This document shows, piece by piece, positions 1-13,487 of a DNA stretch of 64,000 bases. The notes beneath the pieces are model-generated. The model did not search any database. It had not been told where the DNA came from and saw only the letters and a list, made by a program, of their open reading frames with translations. The DNA is from Pecten maximus (Eukaryota). Within the stretch, counting starts at the first letter, position 1. The number at the start of each line of letters is the position of its first letter. The translations under genes and the position numbers were made by a program. The stretch lies in contig NC_047016.1 in the NCBI RefSeq assembly GCF_902652985.1, positions 39,308,001 to 39,372,000 of the forward strand, read 5' to 3'.

Positions 1-1538
1 CTGTAGACAGAGACATCAAACTGTAAATAGAGAGACATCAAACTGTAAATAGAGAGACATCAAACTGTAAATAGAGAGACATCAAACTGTAAACGGAGAG
101 ACATCAAACTGTAAATAGAACTGTAGATGGAGAGACATCAAACTGTAGAGAGAGACATCAAACTGTAGAGAGAGACATCAAACTGTAAATAGAGGACATC
201 AAAACGTAAATAGAGAGACATCAAACTGTAGAGAGAGACATCAAACTGTAGATGTAGAGACATCAAACTGTAAATAGAGAGACATCAAACTGTAAATAGA
301 GAGACATCAAACTGTAGAGAGAGACATCAAACTGTAAATAGAGAGACATCAAACTGTAGAGAGAGACATCAAACTGTAAATGGAGAGATATCAAACTGTA
401 AATGGAGAGACATCAAACTGTAAATAGAGAGACATCAAACTGTAGAGAGAGACATCAAACTGTAAATAGAGAGACATCAAACTGTAAATGGAGAGATATC
501 AAACTGTAGATGTAGAGACATCAAACTGTAAATAGAGAGACATCAAACTGTAGAGAGAGACATCAAACTGTAAATAGAGAGACATCAAACTGTAGAGAGA
601 GACATCAAACTGTAAATGGAGAGATATCAAACTGTAAATGGAGAGACATCAAACTGTAAATAGAGAGACATCAAACTGTAAATAGAGAGACATCAAACTG
701 TAAATAGAGAGACATCAAACTGTAGAGAGAGACATCAAACTGTAAATAGAGAGACATCAAACTGTAGAGAGAGACATCAAACTGTAGAGAGAGACATCAA
801 ACTGTAGAGAGAGACATCAAACTGTAGAGAGAGACATCAAACTGTAGAGAGAGACATCAAACTGTAAATAGAGAGACATCAAATTGTAAATTGAGAGACA
901 TCAAACTGTAAATAGAGAGACATCAAACTTTAAATAGAGAGACATATCAAAATGTAAAAGGAAAATATCAAACTGCAAATGGAGACACATCAAACTTTGA
1001 ATGGAGAGACATCAAAACGTAAATGGAGAGACATCAAACTGTAAATAGAGAGACATCAAATTGTAAATAGAGAGACATCAAACTGTAAATAGAGAGACAT
1101 CAGACTGTAAATAGAGAGACATCAAACTGTAAATAGAGAGACATCAGACTGTAAATAGAGAGACATCAAATTGTAAATAGAGAGACATCAAACTGTAAAT
1201 AGAGAGACATCAAACTGTAAATAGAGAGACATCAAACTGTAGAGAGAGACATCAAACTGTAGAGAGAGACATCAAACTGTAGAGAGAGACATCAAACTGT
1301 AGAGAGAGACATCAAACTGTAAATTGAGAGACATCAAACTGTAAATAGAGAGACATCAAACTGTAGAGAGAGACATCAAACTGTAAATAGAGAGACATCA
1401 AATTGTAAATAGAGAGACATCAAACTGTAAATAGAGAGACATCAAACTGTAAATAGAGAGACATCAAACTGTGAATAGAGAGACATCAAACTTTAAATGG
1501 AGAGACATCAAACATAAAGGGAGAGACACAAAACATAA
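1..1538. repeat. Minisatellite of mixed 22-bp (AGAGAGACATCAAACTGTAAAT) and 20-bp (AGAGAGAGACATCAAACTGT) units, cut by the window start
   Basis: Units read directly; degenerates after about 1490. Confidence 0.97.
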
Positions 1539-3575
1539 ATCCCCAGACAATAGAAAACATACAATTTTGGTCGTAACAAATATTAGGAAAAAATGCTAAA
1601 ACGACGGACAAGTACGCGTCCTAGTAGACAGACAGTTCATAAACAATATCAAAGGAAACCCTAAATCAATTACCACTTCATTGGTAAGTTAACATAGGTG
1701 AAAATATTCTACAGTCAGTACTCAGTAATATATATCAGAACACAAAGGCGAATTCTATATTGTTAAATATGTGTACATGCTAGAAGGCATTATAATGTAG
1801 TCTTTGATAAGACAACCGATGGAATGGATGCATTAAGAAATGAAATGCCGATCACATAGCAACATTCCGATCATTAGGCTATCGCAATCAGGTATGAAAC
1901 GATACTTTACTTAAAACGACCTCTACAATTAATCACTTATACAAATTAACGGAGAGCCACAACCAGAGATTAGGCATCCTTAGGACCGACATGGAGGTCC
2001 TTATCTGGGTCCGCCTCACCATTCCTGATATAACACCACGGCCGATACATTGTACTTTCCCCTGTCATACTTAAAGCTTTCTAGTACCAAATGGAAAAAG
2101 TACAAAATACCACGAGTATCTGTTTGATATGGACCATCTCGTTTTGCTTTCGAATTCAATTCAAGAACCGGAAGTGCATTACACACAATAATTTTCATAC
2201 ATAATTTTAGGTTCGTAACGATTGTTTTCTCAACACTTATCAAACAGCCAAGAATTAAGAACAAAATACAATTCAAATTAAATGTTTTGCTATACTGCTT
2301 AACGCCACACCTTACCTCCAAGGAAAAAGAAACAATTCATACACCATTTAACTTAATAAGATTCAGGACCTACTCATCCTTTGAACTTATCAAAATTTCA
2401 ACTGTCTCCAGATTCTTGGAAAAGGAAACTTTACTTTATCACGTGATACATAAAATGAATACTAAAATTGACTGTAACCAATATCCAGATCAGCGCCTGC
2501 ATGACGCATTTAAAAGATGCTCATGATTAATTTTTGGCATTGTGATAAATTGCTTGAAAATGTAATTTTAAAACTGATAAATTACAAGTATGTAGTATTG
2601 CAGTTGTATTACGGTAGTCGCAAAAATATGACGTTCTCTCTTATCTTCTGAAGGGTTCAGGAAAACGATATAGTTTATAACAGATTGTTTTTCACTTCAT
2701 TTGGAACAAAATGGCGAAACATGGATTCGAACGACAGACCATACCAGAGACTCAGGGGTTTCCGACGATGGGGAAATCTACCTTTTCTCTTTTAAAATAT
2801 AAAATTTGTGCGGTAAGTGCTGATAGTTTGGGTAAGGGTCGAGGTAAGGATCGATAATTATGCTGCTTGTGAAATCTTCTAATTATATAATCGACGCAAT
2901 TGCGATTAATTTTTATTTAGTTAATGAATAATTTATTTATTTAATGAATTTATTTATTCACTTATTCATTTCAAATAAGTTTTGGAGGGCACCGAAAATA
3001 CATTAACTGCATTCACAGAAATTATAGCCATTTGCACTGTGACCGATAACCAATAAAGCATTGTTTCTCGTATGATCACCCTCGACCTTCCTTTTTCTAT
3101 TTTTCATTCCTCTTCTATACACAAGTGTTTTGAATCTTCGTTGTGTTACCATGGTATTGCAGGTGTGACATTAGAATGACGTCATCATGGCATTTAAGTG
3201 GTATCAACTTCCTCGACAGATGCCGTCGTGTTACCTTAGCTATCGTGAAGACTTGCACATTCAACAGAAAAAAAACAAGATATAATATCCAGAATGAATC
3301 TAGATCAAAGGAACCTTGTTCCTGTAATTTACAAACGAAAAACATTTACAAAGGACATCAAGGCTATCGCAATCAACGGTGTGACTTCTCGAATCCACTC
3401 TGCATTCGCGAAGCACAACTTCCGGTCCTCATGCATGGTTTTCGCATTATTTTTGTGCTTAATTACAATGCTATTGATTTCGCTTTAATAAAAACTATGG
3501 AATCAAGGGTTTAGCATAGCTTGTTGGTAAATACATATAATCGTCATATATGATTCACGAAAGTTTTTTTCAGGG

Positions 3576-3708
3576 GTTTAACGTCCTCGCAACAGCCAAT
3601 GTCATATGAGGACGGATGTCAAGGAGACACCAACAGCCAAGGTCATGAAAAGACGGATGTCAAGGAGACACCAACAATGTCATATGAGGACGGGTGTCAA
3701 GGAAACAC
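3576..3708 (-). mobile_element. SINE 3'-tail fragment with a 41-bp unit repeated 3 times (3590-3708)
   Basis: GTTTAACGTCCTCGCAACAGCCAATGTCATATGAGGACGG matches the reverse complement of the SINE tail at 38913-38952. Units start at 3590, 3631 and 3672; the last is shortened. Confidence 0.75.
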
Positions 3709-3991
3709 ATAGAGTAAGAAATCAAAACACAGAGCAGTGAGGATAGAAAAGGAAAAGAAAAATTAAAATCTCAAGCGTTGCATTGTAGGCAGATATTTTA
3801 TTTCCCTATCATGGATCCATGACGGACAGTTCCTACCATTGATTTTCAACTTTCATGTTCGAGGAAAGATATTGACCAGTTTGCTTCACAAGCATGGTTG
3901 AGTAAATCAAATCTGTCTCCTGCAGCGTTAGTGGTTTTCTGTCCTTGTCTAACATCAAAACCTCCTTCCGATTTTCCTGATGTCCTTTCTG

Positions 3992-5157
3992 CACCGACGA
4001 GACCTAGAAGGACGAAACAGCTGTATTGTGTCCCAAGCATCACTGACGAGTCCTAGAAGGACGAAACAGTTGTATTGTGTCCCAAGCATCACTGACGAGT
4101 CCTCGAAGGACGACACAGTTGTATTGTGTCCCAAGCATCACTGACGAGTCCTAGAAGGACGACACAGTTGTATTGTTTCCCAAGCATCACTGAGAAGTCC
4201 TAGAAGGACGAAACAGTTGTATGGTGTGTCCCAAGCATCACTGACAAGTCCTAGATGGAGGAAACAGCTGTATTGTGTCCCTTACATCACTGACGAGTCC
4301 TAGAAGGACGAAACAGCTGTATGGTGTGTCCCAAGCATCACTGACGAGTCCTAGAAGGACGACACAGTTGTATTGTTTCCCAAGCATCACTGAGAAGTCC
4401 TAGAAGGACGAAACAGTTGTATGGTGTGTCCCAAGCATCACTGACAAGTCCTAGATGGAGGAAACAGCTGTATTGTGTCCCTTACATCACTGACGAGTCC
4501 TAGAAGGACGAAACAGCTGTATGGTGTGTCCCAAGCATCACTGACGAGTCCTAGAAGGACGAAACAGCTTTATGATGTCACTAACATCACTGACGAGTCC
4601 TAGAAGGACGAAACAGCTGTATGATGTCACTAACATCACTGACGAGTTCTATAAGGACGATGCAGCTTTATGATGTCCCTATCATCACTGACGAGTCCTA
4701 GGAAAATACAGCTGTATGATGTCACTAACATCACTGTCGAGTCCTAGAAGGACGAAACAGCTGTATGATGTCACCAACATCACTGACGAGTCCTAGAAGG
4801 ACGAAACAGCTTTATGATGTCACTAACATCACTGACGAGTCCTAGAAGGACGAAACAGCTGTATGATGTCACTAACATCACTGACGAGTCCTAGAAGGAC
4901 GAAACAGCTGTATGATGTCACTAACATCAATGACGAGTTCTATAAGGACGATGCAGCTTTATGATGTCACTAACATCACTGACGAGTCCTAGAAGGACGA
5001 AACAGCTTTATGATGTCACTAACATCACTGACGAGTCCTAGAAGGACGAAACAGCTTTATGATGTCACTAACATCACTGACGAGTCCTAGAAGGACGAAA
5101 CAGCTGTATGATGTCACTAACATCAATGACGAGTCCTAGAAGGACGGTACAGCTGTC
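3992..5157 (+). ncRNA. Tandem array of about 24 hammerhead ribozyme units (49-51 bp), array A
   Basis: Consensus CATCA-CTGACGA-GTCC-TAGAA-GGAC-GAAA-CAGCTG-TA-TGATG-TCACTAA contains the CUGANGA and GAAA cores, a 4-bp stem II, a GUA (NUH) triplet and complementary stem I arms. Consensus-intact units have the CTGACGA core at 4290, 4490, 4590, 4832, 4881 and 5077. Confidence 0.92.
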
Positions 5158-8100
5158 ACACCATACTGTAAAGACCAAGCTATATATGGTCAATGTAATG
5201 AATGTTCGTCATTGGTTTCCAATTACCGACATAACTCTTGTGTGGAAAAGTGTGTAAAAATTAAGCTTCATGAATGCAAGAATCAACCAGAATTTTTAAT
5301 TATATTATCTATATAACCTGTTGACTTTGTATATAACTTAGCCTACACTTTGACGGTACTTTTGTTTTTTCTGACGTTGTAATGAACACATTACTTTTCA
5401 TTATCCGTCACGTCAGCCCTAGTCAATATCAGCCACTGTGTAAAACATATATAAATGTGGCTGATAGTCACGCGCGCATGTCATTTAAACCCTAAATAGT
5501 GATACTCGTTAAAACCACTCTTAAAATAACAAATAGAAAATAAAAACACTTCAAAATTAAAAAGCCCTATTATCTATACTGCTTCTGTGTATGTTAAATG
5601 TAAAACAAATGGTTAATTTGAATACAGATTTGCTAAAATTTGATAAAATTTAACACGTTTTATGAGTTTCATATTGCCAATGCATATTCATGCCATCATT
5701 TCCAATCTTTATCAATTTCATAGTATAGCGATGTTTGACTTAACGCGTCATATGTGAACTTGGCAAGACTATTTGACAACATATCCATCTTACACAAACA
5801 AGCACCTGCGAGTATTGAGCCGTGTGTACTAATTGTACAGTAAACTGGTAGTGATACATTTGCCCTGTACTGATGGGGTCACCCGCGGGTTAATAAGTAC
5901 ACGATGGAGTAATGATCCAATCAAATAGGTCGTTTGTCACTCGAATTAGAGAAACAGTTTATTCGACATTGCTTATCAATACCGTAACTTCTTTTATCTC
6001 CGAAAGTAATTATTGTGTTGATATGACAATTCGTTATATGACCTCGGTTGTAAATAAATAAATAAATAAATGCGACCAGATTTCATTCTTCAAAACAAAC
6101 CAACAAACAAACAAGCGACAAACAGACAAAAAAGACAGACAAAGAAAGAAAGAATTGAGCGAACGAACGAACAAATGAACGAAGAACAGATTCAATTTAA
6201 AGCTCAATCAATTTTGTACTCATTTTAATTTTTGTGGTCATTTACTCCCGGAACCTATTCAATTTACACGCTCATTAGTTTATGTGTACTAAACAGTACA
6301 TGTATTCATACAATTTTTCAAAGGTCAAACTTCTGTAAATGAAGGTCAAATAAAGATGTAGGTCAAATAGAGGAAACAATAAGTTGAAATGAGGACGTTT
6401 CCCAATAATTAAACTAGTTTCTATTGTAACAATAAAACGTGATCGGCTGCACTCTATTACTTTACGCTCAAGGCCGCAAATGAGCGCAAAAACCGGAAGT
6501 CACGTGACAAACCGGAAATTTCCTCTTCAATAGCAGGAGAAAGATATGTTATCGAGTCAACTATGTACCCGCATATTTCTACATTTCCTAGAATTATTAG
6601 ATGCCGGAAATTATTTATTGTATGTTAGTGTATACCAGGACACTTGTGTACTCTAATTAAATCTTATCTGGTCCGGGTTACAGCACCTTTATCCATATTG
6701 TATTGTGAGCTTCGACTTTTATCAGATCTATGCTGGGGGTTCAGACAGACGGCGAGAAATGCTTTCCTCGCAATGAATTGAACAAATCATGTAATTGGGG
6801 CGACAATTAGAAATTAGTTCGTAGGGAACGCTGACTGTCTGCAGCCTGGAGCACTTTGTGACGCTTTGTTTTGTTTTTATTTGTGTTTATGTTTTTTCCT
6901 TTTCTGTTCCGGTTCCGGTTCCTGTTTTTTTCTGATTCCGAGTTCAGATTTCTTTCTATTGTATTAGCGCTATGGGGTGTTGTTTTTGTTTCAATCATAT
7001 ATATTTTCCCCCTGAATGCCGTTTGAACGTAACGCCCTGTATACATGACTGTCCGACCGTACATACCTAAAATCATTGGTAATACCACTCCAATGACAGA
7101 ACACATTCTCAAGGAAAGTCAAACCCAGGATACATACATGTCACAATGTGTCTTCCAACAAAGAAATGGAACTCAAAACTGTCAAAACACAAAGTAAACA
7201 AAAATAGGCTAAGTTAGAAGATAAGGTGTCCATTTTCAACAACAACCTTTTTAATTCCTCTCCGTTTTCCAAACATTGCAAGGGAAATCTTTTTGATACT
7301 GCTACTTGAAATTATTTTGGGAAAAACACAAAATCATTTATGATACTGAGATTTGGTAACACGCCATTAAATGAAGGGGACTTTACTAACAAGTTGTTAG
7401 ATGTCATGAATGGAAACGAATCTTTGTCTGTCTTTTTGAGGTCATCGTTTGGGCTCACAGCAAGGTCGTATTTGATATCAAAACCTTATCAATGTGTCCC
7501 CCATATCTATTGTCAGATATATCAATGGTGTGTTTTCTTGAGATGCCTAGAACGTCCACTTAAACTTGAAGTCAAAGTCTTCCACATTGTTTAATAGTGA
7601 ACTTTCACTTTCTTGAGAGAAGCATAAATGCTTTCCCCATCTGTGTTAAGCTTCGCAGGTGATCCCACAGATGAACGAGATTCCATTAAATAAGTTCAAC
7701 TGATGATCCGATTAATTCGTTTGGTTGATCTTGACGTTTACTTGCAAACGCTAGAGTCAGTTGTCCTCATCTTGAACACAGAGATATTTTTCTCCTTCCT
7801 ATACGAGGTAATATTTCAAAATATGTGTACATGTACATATTTCTTGTTCGCTTTTCTAAATCATCGATATCAAATATTTTAGCGTCATAGATTTACCTCC
7901 ACTAAAAGGAACGTAAGTGTCTATTTTTTTTATTCATTAATTTTTTTGTTTAGATTTATTGCCAAATAATTATCGTTCATGGCTTTCAGTTTCCGTTTGA
8001 TCTCGGCTACCATTAAAGTTGAAATCCCTACAGACTAACGTATAGGGAATGGGCTGACAAAATCGATTGTTGATAACGTGTTCTTAGATCATACCTTTTT

Positions 8101-8475
8101 ACAAACAGTGTCATAAACAATTAAAACCAATCTGCAATTTAAAGCTGTACTTATTGAGGAAACAATAGGAAGAGACAATGAGTATTGTATATCGATACTA
8201 TCATCTCCGTGGATTGATTGCTACTGAAACCCGAATAAGTTTTCTAAAACTTGTGCAGCTGATATATATCTCATTTTATTGGTTTGTGATAATATCTGTT
8301 TGTAAATTTCTGATTTATATACACGTGTATCTTCCTCGCGACCGTCTGTCGTGGTGTTATCTTCCACTTAGAGATATAAACCTCGTCCGTAACGACCTTT
8401 CAGTATGATAGCACTTTAATATGCTGCCATCATGTGAGCTTCTAACCACGTGACAAGGTATGCCTGAAATCAATC

Positions 8476-9200
8476 GCTAATTCATAAACAATATCGAAGT
8501 AACTTGCAACAAACCTAATGCAGCTTGCTAATTTATAAACAACCCTAACGTAAAATCGCAAACAAACCTTATGTAGCTTGCTAATTCACAAACAGCAATA
8601 ACGGTTAACCGCAATCAGTCCTAATGTAACTTGCTAATTTAAAAGCAATGCTAATTTAACGACTTTAAATAAATGAGATTAATTCACAAAATAAAAGCTA
8701 ATGTAGCTCGCTAATTCACAAACACCGCTAATGTAGCTATCTAATTCATAAACACCTCTAATGTAGCTATCTAATTCACAAACACCTCTAATGTAGCTCG
8801 CTGATTCACAAACACCGCTAATGTAGCTCGCTGATTCACAAACACCGCTAACGTAGCTCGCTAATTCACTAATGATGTTACTGTAGCTCACCCATTCACA
8901 AGCAGTGCTAATGTATATCGCTCATTTACAAACAATGCTAATTTAGCTCTCTAATTCACAAACACCGCTAATGTAGCTCGCTGATTCACAAACATTGCTA
9001 ATTTAGCTCTCTAATTCACAAACAATGCTAATTTAGCTCTCTAATTCACAAACAATGCTAATTCAGCTCTCTAATTCACAAACAATGCTAATTTAGCTCT
9101 CTAATTCACAAACAGTGCTAATGTAGCTCACTCATTCACAAGTAATGATAATAACTCGCTAATTCACAAACGTTGTTTATGTAACTTGCTTATTCATGAA
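8476..9200. repeat. 30-bp minisatellite (GCTAATGTAGCTCGCTAATTCACAAACACC)
   Basis: Regular 30-bp period over about 8697-9170 with degenerate flanks; explains ORF 8679-8891. Confidence 0.93.
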
Positions 9201-11272
9201 AAAAATCCTTAATTTAAGACACTTTAATACAAACAATCCGATAAAAGTTGACTATAATCAAGCAAAATAAAAATAAAGTGATAAAAACAAACGAAAAACA
9301 AAACTACTCAAGTGCAATAATCCATTTCTGCTTCCATTGATAAAAACAGTTACACAATAATAAAACGATTACTGCTGGCTGACCGACTCCCTCCGGATTA
9401 CCAAACAACTTTATCAATAACACTAAACACCGGTCACCAGCACGAGCTCACGCGCGGAATGCACAGGCATGTCATTCAAGCAGTGTTTTACTCAGTAAAT
9501 AACTGGACAGATATCTAAGACGAATTGTCGGTTTGGGAACAGAGAACCATTAAAGAGACATACTGTCGGGCTTAATTATTGATAGAGATATGAAGATCTT
9601 ACGGGCGAGATAAGACAAGTGATTGCATAACGTTTTGATTGGCTGATAGTAGAAGAGGATAATCATATAACTATGCAAGTGGCGCCCTCTGGGGACAAGT
9701 CCATCGGGAACGAGGCCATTTAGAATAATGGCTGCCGGAGTCGTTAGGGCATATAATTCATTACCGGGCTCCTTCGCCATAACACATGGCCAGATATGGA
9801 AGTCGAAGAAAGAATTAAATTATATGGAGTTGGCTTTGTTTTCTAAACAGGTTCAATGATCTGGTGATGGATTTCAGAACCCAAGGGATATATATAAATA
9901 TACGGTCGATAATCCTCTTAGTCAATGGTGTAGATTTCCCTCAAATGTAACCATGATACAGATTGGGTTTTTATCAGTTTTGATCATAATGGCATGTAAA
10001 CGTTGACATCATTGGCTCAAATCAGCTAAGACAATACCGGGCATAGTTAGATAAGAAAATATACACCATATAGAGAGGTTTTAGACTCTTTCGGATTGAA
10101 TAAAAACTTAAGAAGCGGCCAGGGACGTCATAATGTTCTTATTTGAGAATACTTATATTTAATGCTTTTAACAAAATCGAATTGACAAATATTATAGGTT
10201 ATACACATATCGCCTGTTCTTTATATGTTTTTCGCGTTGTATATTATACGAGGATTGGAAATGGAAATTTAATTCAGTAATAGAAAAATATGAAACGTGT
10301 TTGCAGTGTTGAATGAACTGAAATGCTCTTGGCATGTGACACTGACGTCATAAGACATTTATACTGAATCGTCAATGTCACATGACATTGTTGGCATATG
10401 AACTCGTTATCAAAACAGGTCATTGCCGTAATAAGATCACAATTGATGGTGGGACTCGTCTTCAAGTTGCACACTCGTTTGTGACGAGATGTGAATTGTT
10501 CTTCTGATACCGTTTGCGACTATTAGGAATTTGATGGCTGCACGCGAACGGCACAAAAAAATGTGCTACGCCATGTTTGAAACAATCCGTCTGATCCCAA
10601 TAGTATGGGTTAAACTGTTGTTCCAGTCATGAACAGTAACCTCGTTACTTACATATGATTCCGAGGTCTGGTATGTTTACAACCGTCTTTTTTTTTTGTT
10701 ATAACCCCTGTCGTTTTTTTTAATCGTTAAAAATTGGAAAGTAACATGGCCCTAGAGATATATTTTCTTACATGCGATCTCAATACATCACCCGATGACC
10801 ACCTTTTAGTATTTTTACCGCGTCACTAACTGAGGAATGCTTTGACAATAAAAAACGAAAACAGGCAATAAAGGAGTTGTGTTGGTGATAATTACAGAGC
10901 CTCGCCTCACACACTGAAATTTAACGGTGCCTTATTAGTAATTAGTCCCGTATATTACACCAACCCTCAACAGGGCGTATTCTCCGTTTGTAATACTCTC
11001 GTATCTCTTCCCATAGCACCTGCGCCAAGCTTAAGATGTTGTAATTCGCTATACTGCAGTATCCTCCCTCGGGTGTTGAATTAGCATTTAAAGTGGCTGT
11101 TTCATCGCCATGTTTATGTACAGTTACGTCGACTCCATACGTAATTATATCTACATTCATAAAAAAATGTTGTATGAGCTTCATATTCTTTTCTAAATCC
11201 CCGACCATGATAGCAAACTGCAGCACATGGACCGAGACCATAATTAGCTTCGCTATATGTTTCATTGTAACA

Positions 11273-11340
11273 TTAAAATTCATAATAAATTCCCAAAATC
11301 TCATATGCAACTTTCCATCTCACCTGGCTAAGACCAACAT
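11273..11340 (-). CDS. Putative terminal exon, (D)VGLSQVRWKVAYEILGIYYEF*
   Basis: Strong acceptor TTTTTTTCTTCTCAG immediately upstream on the minus strand (11341 and up); phase-compatible with the 32-nt exon at 13488-13519. No homology recognised. Confidence 0.35.
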
Positions 11341-11771
11341 CTGAGAAGAAAAAAATATGAAAGTTTCAACCCAGCATGTTGGGCATTTTCTGGAGATAGC
11401 TGTCAAAATGTGTCACCAACGTGGATTATATACATCCGGGTCAGGGGTAGAGGTCAAATCAAGACTCATCACACAGGGTCCTGGAGCACATAATAAATGA
11501 TCAATATTACTATTTTATATCAGAAAACCTAGATTGACATCTCTACTATAAATCCACATTAAATTCATCAACAAAAATCAAGTTCAAAGAGGCATTTGAT
11601 TTGTTTTCCTGAAATACATACATTTTTGAGGGAACTTCATTCGTGGGGCCTGAACCCGGAAGTACTTAATTGTGGTCTCGGTCCTATTATCATCGCAAAC
11701 AGGTCGTGTCCATATCAAGCAATAGCTTACCTACGCTACTCAAACAGTTTCTGTTTCGTCCGTAAATACAA

Positions 11772-11841
11772 CATCATCCTCATCCTCATCATCGTCGTCA
11801 TCGTCATCATCGTCGTCGTCGTTGTCGTTACGGTCGTCGTT
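11772..11841. repeat. (ATC/GTC)n microsatellite, possibly within a degraded non-autonomous element
   Basis: CATCATCCTCATCCTCATCATCGTCGTC... read directly. Confidence 0.85.
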
Positions 11842-13487
11842 ATTTATATTAACGGCGTACTGCCGTTATCGTATTGGCTTCCTGTTCACCCTGTCGGCCT
11901 ATTGAATGTTGTTAGCATCGCCTCTTTGACCCTTTGATTTAGAAATTATGAAAGAGTGCCAAGTCATTTGTTTACAAAATGGTCAAATTCATGCCAAGGT
12001 CAAATTTTGATCGGCTATTCTTTCATTCTCAATGAGTCTGACCATCCAAGATAATAGGTACAATTCCAGAACATCAAAAAACTTATCAGAACTAAATGGG
12101 ACGTGCTGGCATCAGAGGTAAAACTAGGACAGACCCTTGAAAGATGTGAGTTGATTTCACATCAAAAGATGTATATGATACAGTTGATGGTTCGCGAATC
12201 TGAACGTTCTGATCGCCATTTCCTACCATTGGGAGAGAGAACCCAGGAGCCAAACAAACTAAACGAGTGATGGGTGAGGCCGTTTGTGACGGCGACCATG
12301 GACAGCCAGCTGTAAACATTTGTCTTTGTAAGTTACAGGGAAATGTTAGATAAACAAACAACAATGCTCGGATACTCATTACTCATAGCGTTACATAGGA
12401 ACAACTACCAAGGCATAACTCTATTTTTGGTCCGGTAACATACAACGGTTTCATATTTAGTAAAGTATACAATATCCAGTACAACAAGGACTAAAGAAAC
12501 ACTGCTACTACGCAAAACTACAATAACTTAGGGACGATTTTATTCAAAACTGAAATCACCCACAATATCTCAAATATCATACATTTGTATTTAGTATAAT
12601 TTAACGCAGAGGGGGAAAAAACGTAAAAATATATTACAAAAATATGTCACATGAAACTGAGCAACTCTTTCATAAGAAACCAAGAATAACGATTACATTT
12701 TTTGTATGTCGCTTTAAGAAAGAAAAAATGACACTTTGTTTTCAAATTGTTTTGTCATGCCGGTGATTGGGTGGAGGGAATGAGCATAATCAGCATATCC
12801 ATATACTGTAGTTAGTTATCATTTATCACTTTATAATAACTTTGTCAAACTTTACCATAATAATTTTCATTTTAAAATAGTGACTCAGGTTAATTCCTCT
12901 ACTTGATAAAAAAAATGGGGTCATTTTATGAAAATCCTATTTGACCCGTAAACAATATGAAAATGAAATTAAAACGTTTCGTCATAAAATAATTGAAAAA
13001 AAGTTTTCAATTTCCCGTTGAGTATTAAAATAATTGCATAATGCTGGTAATCATCCATTTATGAATAAAGCATTTTTAGCGTAGCAGGCTATAATTGAGA
13101 ATGCTTTAAAATTCAATAAAATACATTTTAATATATTTTCGGAAATTTGATGTAAAAGAGAATACCTTTGAGGAATGTGTGCACCTGGGACATACCTACC
13201 TTATAAATGTGTTTATAACTCAATACAGTCGTCATTTTCACCTCGACAATCATTTTTGTGTTTAAATATGTACGAAGCTTACTCTACCGGATCAGGATGT
13301 TGTAAGGAAATATAGCTATGATTTATTACCGATAAATAATAGTTTATGTTTTTAATGTGTTCTATCATACCAGCAGTGCAGGAGACATTTAAAATTGAGA
13401 AACGTCATTACCATAACACCCGTTACACTTTGACATCAAACACATATACATGCTACAAATATATACTGTTAAGTCAGGTGTTCTTAC

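Noticed and set aside
2710-2790. Minus-strand GTTCGAATCC B box, possible tRNA gene
   Set aside because: No cloverleaf could be built; at most a degraded tRNA-derived repeat.
3992-5157. CRISPR array interpretation of the regular repeats
   Set aside because: No unique spacers, no cas genes and a eukaryotic context; units are contiguous tandem copies.
10942-11310. 122-aa minus-strand ORF
   Set aside because: Non-ATG start, no recognisable domain, and not in the frame favoured by the adjacent splice acceptor.
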